Of a stretch of 32,000 nt of DNA, positions 1-7,874 are shown piece after piece. Source of the DNA: Nitrososphaeraceae archaeon. GTDB taxonomy: Archaea > Thermoproteota > Nitrososphaeria > Nitrososphaerales > Nitrososphaeraceae. A program made the translations under genes and the position numbers. Below the pieces are notes generated by a model. It was given only the letters and a program-made list of their open reading frames with translations. It was not told the origin of the DNA and did not search any database. The stretch lies in the NCBI GenBank assembly GCA_035250975.1, contig DATFEP010000064.1, forward strand, positions 63,811-95,810. The letters run 5' to 3'. The first letter of the stretch is position 1; each line of letters begins with the position of its first letter.

Positions 1-188
1 GTTCACCTTTTTGATTCCCAATTTTCATTTTAACATATTTGTTTTAGAAAATTGTGTTGCGACATTTTATTATTTAATTTACGTTAGTTATCTTATTAAA
101 TTCTAAAAATCGATCATCTTAAATCTTGTTAACAAAAAATTATCTTTTTACAAAGAAATTTGAAAGAGTTCTAAATACTATAACTATA

Positions 189-1244
189 ATGGAAAAAAAG
201 AGAATAAGTCTAGCACACGGAGCAGGTGGTGTGCTTATGAATAACCTGATTAAAAACCAAATCTTGAAATACTTTAGTTTAAACCATCATGAAGTTTCCT
301 TAAATGCTCTAGACGATGCGGGTATAACTGAAGGCATTGTTTTTACTACAGATTCTTATACAGTAAAACCGCTTTTTTTTCCTGGAGGTAATATAGGTGT
401 AATGTCTGTTGCGGGAACCGTAAACGATATTGCAGTAATGGGTGGAAAACCCTTAGTGCTATCATGTAGTATGATAATTGAAGAAGGCTTCTCAATTGAG
501 GAGTTAGACCTAATTATAAAAAGCATTCAAGAAACATGCATTCAAGCTGACGTGGATATAATTACAGGAGACACCAAAGTTCTAGAAAGAAATGCGTTGG
601 ACAAACTAATTATTAATACTTCTGCTGTTGGTAAAAAAAGTCAATACTTAGAAAAAAATCTAAAGATTGTAAAAAGATACAACCCCAACTTTAATTCTGA
701 TTGGTTACTTGATTCAAATATTGAGAAGGGGCACAAAATAATAATTTCAGGAACACTAGGTGATCATGGGGTTGCGATAATGTCTGCAAGAAATGAATAT
801 GGTTTGGAGAGTCAAGTAGAATCAGATGTTGCACCATTAAATAATTTGATTCAAAAAGGGCTTGATGTCGGAGGCGTAGTAAGCATAAAGGATCCCACGC
901 GTGGAGGACTTGCAAATCTTCTAAATGAATGGTCTGAGAAATCAAAAACTGGTTTTATAATTCTTGAAAAAGATATTCCCGTTAAAGAAAGCGTGAGAAG
1001 TGCATTAGGATTTCTTGGACTTGATGTATTAGAAATAGGAAATGAAGGAAAAATTTGCCTAGCGGTAATACCGGAAAAAGCAGAAGAAATACTAGGTATC
1101 TTGAGAGAAACACCAGAAGGTAAGGATGCGATGATAATTGGAGAGGCAACAGACGAATTTGATTTACCTATCCTGGAAACTCAGATAGGCGGTAGAAGAA
1201 TCCTTGCAAAACCTGCAGCAGATCCTATTCCCAGAATATGCTAG
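189..1244 (+). CDS. hypE: Hydrogenase maturation protein HypE (PurM/AIR-synthase-related ATPase)
   Basis: Collinear with E. coli HypE as I recall it: ISLAHGAGG near the N-terminus, FFPGGNIG, GTVNDIAVMGG, ITGDTKV, SGTLGDHG and KDPTRGG. The protein ends ...PIPRIC, the PR[IV]C tail whose terminal Cys carries the carbamoyl/cyano group. I start it at ATG 189 (MEKKRISLAHG). The track ORF begins at TTG 126. Confidence 0.9.
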   Translation: MEKKRISLAHGAGGVLMNNLIKNQILKYFSLNHHEVSLNALDDAGITEGIVFTTDSYTVKPLFFPGGNIGVMSVAGTVNDIAVMGGKPLVLSCSMIIEEGFSIEELDLIIKSIQETCIQADVDIITGDTKVLERNALDKLIINTSAVGKKSQYLEKNLKIVKRYNPNFNSDWLLDSNIEKGHKIIISGTLGDHGVAIMSARNEYGLESQVESDVAPLNNLIQKGLDVGGVVSIKDPTRGGLANLLNEWSEKSKTGFIILEKDIPVKESVRSALGFLGLDVLEIGNEGKICLAVIPEKAEEILGILRETPEGKDAMIIGEATDEFDLPILETQIGGRRILAKPAADPIPRIC

Positions 1245-1523
1245 GTGATATCGTTGTTTAGAGGAGTAGAAGATCGTGTCAACAAAAAATTAATTTGTAA
1301 AGTTTGCGGATATATTGAATATAATTTTCCAAAACATCACGAAATGCCTATGAGATGGATTACAACCGGTAGTTTTAATAAAGAAGAACTTTTGAAATGT
1401 CAAAAATGTGACTATACAATACCGATCTTAATACATTGTAATGTGTCAATGTTTTATTCTGAAGGGGATTATCTTGATTTACCTGAATTTACAAAAAAAG
1501 ATTATCAGGATATAGACAAATAA
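1245..1523 (+). CDS. Small Cys4 zinc-ribbon protein, function unknown
   Basis: 92-aa ORF whose GTG start directly abuts the hypE TAG stop (1242-1244). It has two CxxC pairs (C18-x2-C21 and C52-x2-C55) plus an HC further on. No family recognised. The spacing does not fit HypA. Confidence 0.5.
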   Translation: MISLFRGVEDRVNKKLICKVCGYIEYNFPKHHEMPMRWITTGSFNKEELLKCQKCDYTIPILIHCNVSMFYSEGDYLDLPEFTKKDYQDIDK

Positions 1524-1524
1524 A

Positions 1525-1899
1525 GTGATTATGTTGTCATTTTTCTGGCATTTAAAATTTGCTATTTTTATGTTTGAGATCGCTAAATCTGAATTGAATA
1601 AAAATAATTATGTAGTAGCTAATGCTGTCATTAAAACTTTTACAGAGATAATAGATGCCTATTTATCGAAGGCGAATAATCTTATTGATGAAGCAAGTTT
1701 AGAGGGATGGAAAGAAAGAATCCATTGGATGAGTGAAAATAATCATGAATTATTAAATGAATGGAAAATGGTGAATTCTCTTTGTTTTGAGATGATGAAT
1801 CAGGGAAAATACTACAACAACGTTGCAATAAAATTAATAGAAATAGTTCAAAATAGACTAAATAAGATTGGATCAGATGATTACGGGGATTACTTTTAA
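1525..1899 (+). CDS. Hypothetical protein, predicted all-helical
   Basis: 124-aa ORF starting at GTG 1525 (or ATG 1531), 1 nt after the stop of the zinc-ribbon ORF. It is on the same strand, so it is likely co-transcribed. No recognisable motif. Confidence 0.45.
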   Translation: MIMLSFFWHLKFAIFMFEIAKSELNKNNYVVANAVIKTFTEIIDAYLSKANNLIDEASLEGWKERIHWMSENNHELLNEWKMVNSLCFEMMNQGKYYNNVAIKLIEIVQNRLNKIGSDDYGDYF

Positions 1900-1909
1900 T
1901 TTGATTGAT

Positions 1910-2563
1910 CTAATTCGTCAACTTTTTAACCACTAGGCATTTTGCCCACTCTTCGCATAAATCAACTACAAATTTTGCTTCATGAATGCATCTGCCCACA
2001 CCTATAACTCCATGGTTCAATAATATTATTAATCCAAACGGAACTACACAATCAAATTTACTTGCCTTACCCACGAGATTTCCTAATCCCTTAGACCCGA
2101 GTTGTTTGTACTCAACTATCAAGGGTTTATCATGTAATACTTTTGGAAAAGCGATGGATGGTGTTCCTGCTAATGTCCATATACCTTCATTGTCTATATT
2201 TACTAGTTTAGAAGACAGAAAATATCCTGAGGTATAGGGATTATGAACGTGACATACTGCATTAATATCTGATCTGTTTTTATATATTTCAGTGTGAAAA
2301 GGAACTTCGATAGTTGGTTTAAGGTTTCCCTTCAAAACATTTCCATCCAAGTCGATTAACAATAGATCGTCTGAAGTTATATGTGATCTTGGATATCCAG
2401 ATGGAGTGATCCAAATTTGATTATCTAATTTTGAACGAAAACTATGGTTTCCACCACCAACCGAAACCAACCCATGGGAAAAAAAATACTTTATAGCAGA
2501 TATTAATTCATTTTTAAACATATGTTCGTCATATACTTTACAAATATCACAAAACATCTTCAT
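1910..2563 (-). CDS. Class II aldolase/adducin-domain protein (fuculose-phosphate aldolase / MtnB-like)
   Basis: GGGNHSFR...WITPSGYPR...IEVPFHTEIY...AVCHVHNPY matches the class II aldolase N-terminal domain pattern, including the metal-binding His cluster. It is convergent with the hypE cassette, with 10 nt between the stops. Confidence 0.8.
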   Translation of the reverse strand: MKMFCDICKVYDEHMFKNELISAIKYFFSHGLVSVGGGNHSFRSKLDNQIWITPSGYPRSHITSDDLLLIDLDGNVLKGNLKPTIEVPFHTEIYKNRSDINAVCHVHNPYTSGYFLSSKLVNIDNEGIWTLAGTPSIAFPKVLHDKPLIVEYKQLGSKGLGNLVGKASKFDCVVPFGLIILLNHGVIGVGRCIHEAKFVVDLCEEWAKCLVVKKLTN

Positions 2564-3107
2564 TTGTGTGTACCATTCATTTAATTTTAACTTAATTGTT
2601 AGGAAAGATAGCTGTTTCCCAAAATTAAATGATAATATCTTTTGAAATGCCGTTATCTTATAAATATTAGAGTAGTATATGAAAAATTAGAGGGACTGAT
2701 AATTTTTACATTATCTAACTATGTAGAGGTGAACATCATAATTATTGGATACACGAAGTATGTTTGATTATGTGATTTGTTTTATCCTGATTAAATAATA
2801 TGATCTTAATGATCGGTTTGCTGAAACCAACCGTATAGAATCTTTTTTGTTTTTTTGAAATTGTTTTGCATCTCCTTAACTGTTTTTATTTAACTCGTCA
2901 AGTTGGTATAATAGTTTTCTATGTTATATATCAAGTATTTTTTTCATCATAGGTCTGTACTCCTGCATTACGATATAGAAATCATGAAATTAACATTAGA
3001 TGAAAATAACAAGATAATTATTACCAAACTAGAAGTTTAGAAAAATATTTAAAAATAAAGAAAAAAATTTAGGATGAGCTAGATGAAAATATACTTTGTT
3101 TATTTAG

Positions 3108-3536
3108 TTAGGGGAATAGATGTAAATGTATACCTTCTAGATTGAAAAGTGATCCGCTGCCTTGTAACTTAAGATTTACTTCACTATTTTCTTTCCATCC
3201 TGCTTTTACTAATGCAGAACCAGCTAAATCTCCTCCACCTCCTACTAATGTAAGATTTTGGTTAACTGTGTTAGATGAATTACTTTTAATTTTAACCAAT
3301 AATTCTTTATCATTTACTATATCAATTCCTGAAATTTGTATTCCCTTAACTGAACTCATCAGATGATAAGTGGATTTAGAATAATGTGGAGGCATCGTCT
3401 TCATCATTTTTCCCATGTCCATTGCTTTCATTTGGTGACCAGTTTGCATTGCTTTGGAATCATTCTTAATCATATCTTTCCCAGTCATTTCCATCATCAT
3501 TACATTCTTTTTTACCATAAACATCCGGATATGCAA
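3108..3536 (-). CDS. Methionine/histidine-rich protein, candidate Cu(I)-binding, with a beta-rich C-terminal domain
   Basis: From the in-frame ATG at 3524, 15 of the first ~56 residues are Met, arranged as MxM/MxxM (MMMEM, MQTGHQMKAMDMGKMMKTM). The TTG at 3536 is the track start. No signal peptide is visible. The upstream frame closes at 3573-3575. Confidence 0.5.
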   Translation of the reverse strand: MHIRMFMVKKNVMMMEMTGKDMIKNDSKAMQTGHQMKAMDMGKMMKTMPPHYSKSTYHLMSSVKGIQISGIDIVNDKELLVKIKSNSSNTVNQNLTLVGGGGDLAGSALVKAGWKENSEVNLKLQGSGSLFNLEGIHLHLFP

Positions 3537-3705
3537 AGATGGTTTATACCATCGATAGAAACCAATATCTCTCTAGACTTATATTTAAAATGAATTCATC
3601 TTATTGTACTTTCTCAGTGTAATTGAATACCGTAATTAGTACATTTACTCTTAATTAGTTATTTTAACCTATAGCTTGTGTAATTCAAAACTACGAGGCA
3701 TTGAA

Positions 3706-4746
3706 ATGATTAATAATAAAAATAAAATAAATCAAATTTTTATTTCATCTATCGTTGTTTTGATTGTGTTGATATCGACATTTTATATTTTTACTATCTT
3801 GCTTTCGTGGAATAGTTATAATATAGACGTTTTTGGTATCGAAAACAAATCTGATAAAAATAAGGAAAATAAAACATTAGAACAGCATGCAACTATTGCT
3901 TTTGGAGAATACAACTTTATTGCGGTAGGTGACTATTACTGTAACAAAGAAACAGAAAAAACTATACAAAAAATACTATCAATAAATCCAGAAGTGGTTA
4001 TCACAACAGGAGACCATGTAAAAAAAGTAAAATCTGCAGATTGTTGGAAAAAAATGTCTCAGCCACTTAAAGATAAAATGAGAATAGCAATTGGTAATCA
4101 TGATGCAGAATATTCTAACATCTATAAAGAGATTATAGATTATCATAATATAAAAAGTCCTTTTTATTCACATGACTTTGAAAATATCCATTTCATAAGC
4201 ATGTCCACAGAGCATGCTTTTGAAGAAGGAAGCAAACAATATGAATTTGTTAAGAGTGATCTAGAGAAAACATCAAAGAATCCAAATATCGACTGGCTAA
4301 TAATCCATCAACATAAATCACTGTATTCTACAAAACAGGACAAAGATTTGGCGAAAGAGCTAAGGCAAACGTATCATAAACTCTTTCAAGAATATGGTGT
4401 AGACATGGTAATTTCAGGTCATAATCAGTATTATGAAAGAACATATCCAATTCTATATAATGCCAATGAAGAATTAATAAATAATAAATCAGGTAGTCCA
4501 AAACCGATAGTCGCAGTAAATGACAAAGCTGAATATCCACCAACTAATGGCATAATATTTTTAACTGTAGGAACAGGTGGAGATAAACTAGATAAAGTCA
4601 AGGAAAATCATGGTTATTACGTAATTCAGGAAAGTGAGTATGGTTTCTTAAATGTTAAAATAGAAAATAACGGTAAGAAACTTGTAGGAGAATTTTACAC
4701 AAATAAAGGAGATGTTATAGACAGTTTTATATTAAATAAAATATAA
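3706..4746 (+). CDS. Membrane-anchored calcineurin-like metallophosphoesterase (purple-acid-phosphatase-like)
   Basis: N-terminal TM helix (IFISSIVVLIVLISTFYIFTILL) followed by AVGDYY, TTGDHV, GNHD, IIHQH and SGHNQYYER. The last resembles the PAP motif GHVHAYER with the second His replaced by Gln. I prefer ATG 3706 over TTG 3676. Confidence 0.8.
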   Translation: MINNKNKINQIFISSIVVLIVLISTFYIFTILLSWNSYNIDVFGIENKSDKNKENKTLEQHATIAFGEYNFIAVGDYYCNKETEKTIQKILSINPEVVITTGDHVKKVKSADCWKKMSQPLKDKMRIAIGNHDAEYSNIYKEIIDYHNIKSPFYSHDFENIHFISMSTEHAFEEGSKQYEFVKSDLEKTSKNPNIDWLIIHQHKSLYSTKQDKDLAKELRQTYHKLFQEYGVDMVISGHNQYYERTYPILYNANEELINNKSGSPKPIVAVNDKAEYPPTNGIIFLTVGTGGDKLDKVKENHGYYVIQESEYGFLNVKIENNGKKLVGEFYTNKGDVIDSFILNKI

Positions 4747-4972
4747 ATAGATTTATTAGATGACGATGATTTTTGGAAGAACTATAAAACTATGTCTTAA
4801 AATCAATCTAATTCTATACATTTTATTGGAACATATAATGAAAATACTAAAGATGAAAATTTTTTTATATTAATTCCTAATCTATGGTAAACCCTTTTGC
4901 ACTTTGATTTTATAATATTTTAGATTACCGATCTTAATTTCAATACAAAAAAGATCAGATGAAAATTTTTGA

Positions 4973-5896
4973 TTATCTTGCCGCTAATGAATTGACTTTA
5001 TCCAGATCTTTTATTATTCTCTTTTCACATTCTGTCCCCTCTGGCGGTTTTAATCCTTCTCCTGATACACATGCATGAAATCTTTCTCCAGGTTGTATTT
5101 TTCCTATATCTGTGTCTCTGTCAAAAGCAAATACTCTTTCTATTGTATAACCCCCAATTTTATCAAATTCTTTTTGAACGTCAACCACTTCAGATTGAAT
5201 CTGACCTTTTAGCATTGCCATCACCTTGATTTTTTTCGTGTCTTTTTTATCTTCTAACGGTACAATTACCTTTACTTTTACCTTCTGTTGATTAGCTAGA
5301 TTGATATCCGCATTAGGACTAGCAGTAGCATTTGATCCTATAATACCATTACTTAATGAAGAAAACGCCGTTATCTTGTTTTTTCCATATAAATTATAGT
5401 AGTCTATACTTTTTTGGTATACTTGCGATAATGGTTTGAACAGACTAGCCTTGGTAGGTCCAGTAGTAGATTTTATATCTCCTTCATTGCAATCAAAATG
5501 ATGTATTGAATCCTCTTTATTTTTAATATGATATGCACAAACAAAAAATTCATCTGGTGATTTAGCATTAACTATCTCATTCTCTCTATCAGCTATAAAT
5601 TTAACTGACAATTTCTGGGTTGAGTTACTTATATTTGATAAAGGAATATCCTTGGAAAATTCTTGTGCGTTTATAAAACCAACCACTCTAAGAAATCCTG
5701 TTTTTTCTATATTCTGTAAATTAATATTTGATATTACAATCAAATCATCATCATTAGTAGATTTTTTATCTTTACTTTGAATATCAATTGTATTTACTGC
5801 TGCTAACGCTGATACAATTACGACAGTTGTTATAAAAAAGCTTGTTAAGAGCAGTGTAATGGATATAATAATAAGTGATGTAACATGAAAGCACAA
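4973..5896 (-). CDS. Hypothetical membrane-anchored/exported protein
   Basis: 307-aa ORF with an N-terminal hydrophobic anchor (SLIIISITLLLTSFFITTVVIVSALAA) and then a polar Ser/Asn/Lys-rich domain. It starts at TTG with no charged n-region. See the finding on a possible N-terminal frameshift with ORF 5784..5996. Confidence 0.55.
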   Translation of the reverse strand: MCFHVTSLIIISITLLLTSFFITTVVIVSALAAVNTIDIQSKDKKSTNDDDLIVISNINLQNIEKTGFLRVVGFINAQEFSKDIPLSNISNSTQKLSVKFIADRENEIVNAKSPDEFFVCAYHIKNKEDSIHHFDCNEGDIKSTTGPTKASLFKPLSQVYQKSIDYYNLYGKNKITAFSSLSNGIIGSNATASPNADINLANQQKVKVKVIVPLEDKKDTKKIKVMAMLKGQIQSEVVDVQKEFDKIGGYTIERVFAFDRDTDIGKIQPGERFHACVSGEGLKPPEGTECEKRIIKDLDKVNSLAAR

Positions 5897-6261
5897 TGCA
5901 TATCAAGTTAATATAAGATTGTAAAAAAGAATCTATTAAAATATAATTGATGAATGGTCCTATTTCCTTTTTGCAGACATAACAAGCTTTAGCCATTATT
6001 AAAAATAAATCATGTTGATAATTAACAATATTGACTCAAATGAAATACTTACGATTTCAAATTCTACCTTAACATCATTTTCTATTCTTCTAATAGTGAA
6101 TAATTCAGAATGATAGAATATTAGAACATTAGATAATGTTCCTTTTAACCTTAGATATATTAAAATCTAAAGATCATTTTTTACTAATTATCTTACTATA
6201 GTAGATTCAGAATGTTAAAGGATCAAGAGAGATGAGATACGAACAACCCGAAAGAGAATTA

Positions 6262-6657
6262 TTAATTTATAAATTTCTCTCTTTCCTTTTGAATTAAAGG
6301 AATAATTTTTTTCATTATTATTTCATCATAATTACTTTCCTCAAAATCTATAGTCAAAAATAGATAATAATTTTCATTGATTGGGATTATAGATCTACCA
6401 AACTTTTCATATTTTCCAAACGCATATGTTAATTTTCCTATTTTTGGTTCAAATTTTAACCTTGATTTATGTCTAATTATGGCATTAGCTGCAGATTCAT
6501 GCATCTCTTCTTTAGCGAGGAATGGTTTTAATCCTTCTCTATATCGTTCATTTATAATATCACCGTTTTCATTGATTATACTAACCCATCTTATAGACTG
6601 ATTACAAGTGATTATATTTTCAATAAAAATAGAATGAAATTCATTATTTAATACCAT
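6262..6657 (-). CDS. Hypothetical small protein, possibly Roadblock/LC7 (MglB-like) fold
   Basis: 131-aa ORF. The alternating pattern IRWVSIINENGDIINERY...IGKLTYAFGKYEKFGRSIIPINENYYLFLTIDFE resembles Roadblock/LC7 proteins. This is by-eye inference only. Confidence 0.45.
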   Translation of the reverse strand: MVLNNEFHSIFIENIITCNQSIRWVSIINENGDIINERYREGLKPFLAKEEMHESAANAIIRHKSRLKFEPKIGKLTYAFGKYEKFGRSIIPINENYYLFLTIDFEESNYDEIIMKKIIPLIQKEREKFIN

Positions 6658-7114
6658 TTATTCATTAGGTAATTTTTTTATTCGTAATAAAAAAGTTATG
6701 TATGAGTATTATCATGAATAAAAAATTCTTTCACGATTAATTAACCTATTACTCTAGCGATATTACTAATACCAGCAATAACATGAGTCGCAGAAGATTT
6801 TTGTCTTGCTTGTTTGATTGGTTAGTGTATTGAATTTGCTTCTTTTTTTAGATGTCCAAGAACAAGGATTATTCTGCATTAAGTAAATAAATAAATGAAT
6901 TACATGAAATGTTCTGGATATTTTTTCTTTTCTTCGTCTATCTTTTTATTTATTTACTACGGTTAAAACACTTATCGTTATTTTGTTAGTAAAAGTAATC
7001 CACCAAATGGGCGTGAAGATTCTCTATAAGTTAAGTTATATACTTCTTTTTTTCTCTCTGCATTAGATTTATTAAGGTTAGTGCCGCAAAAATACATTAT
7101 AGAGATTTTAGTGG

Positions 7115-7139
7115 TACCTGTAATATAGCATTACAGGTA
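7115..7139. repeat. Perfect 10-bp inverted repeat with a 5-nt loop (TACCTGTAAT-ATAGC-ATTACAGGTA) in a 1.2-kb spacer
   Basis: Read directly from the sequence. The reverse complement of TACCTGTAAT is ATTACAGGTA. Function unknown. Confidence 0.9.
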
Positions 7140-7164
7140 TTTAAGTGTTAGTATTAAGTGTTTA
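7137..7164. repeat. Tandem direct repeat GTAT(T)TAAGTGTT x2, immediately abutting the hairpin
   Basis: GTATTTAAGTGTTA (7137-7150) is followed by GTATTAAGTGTTTA (7151-7164). Seen in sequence. Function unknown. Confidence 0.8.
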
Positions 7165-7874
7165 ACAATAGAGAACTTTTTAGGATTTTATTCGAATTTT
7201 GACTATAAAAAAATAAAAAATACTTATACTATAAAACGAGAATTGCAACTATTATAGTTGTATTGTTTAATTTCTTTTATTTAGTTAATTAATTATTTAT
7301 TGATTATTAGTATATTATTTTTCCTTCATTATTTTGTTCATAGAGATCTACATCTGATTATAATCTTATGATAAGTACTGCTATAATTTCTACGAATCTA
7401 CAAGTACAACTTTCACTAATCATCTTATCGATTTTATTTGTGAAAAATTACCTATCACGAGAGTACCTTTAATATATAGCAAATAATGAATAGTTCTTCA
7501 AATATGTAGATTCTTATATAACAATGAAATACAAAAATAGGACACGGGATAAGGCTGAAAAACTTGTATACGAACGTTAGAAATTTTCAAACAATGTGGA
7601 AAAAATGGTTTCCAAGATTTAACATGGTATGTTAAGTCTTGTGTGTACTCCACTTATGAATGATAAAAATATTTAACATAAATTTATGTCAGCAATTTTA
7701 TTGATTCTTTCCCTGTTTTAACTTACTCTACTTCAGATTAATGGCCCGATTGTTTTTTTATTCTCCTTCGAATTCCGATTTATAAAGATTTGAGAATGAT
7801 ATTCATCTTACACTCTGGAAAATAATCCGATTAAATAATAAAGAGGCCTTTCTTTCTATTTGGTTATATCCAAA

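Noticed and set aside
1-28. Minus-strand ATG at 26-28 opening an ORF (MKIGNQKGE...) that runs off the left edge
   Set aside because: Only 9 codons are visible, so it cannot be identified or even confirmed as coding. I used it only to note that the hypE upstream neighbour is probably divergent.
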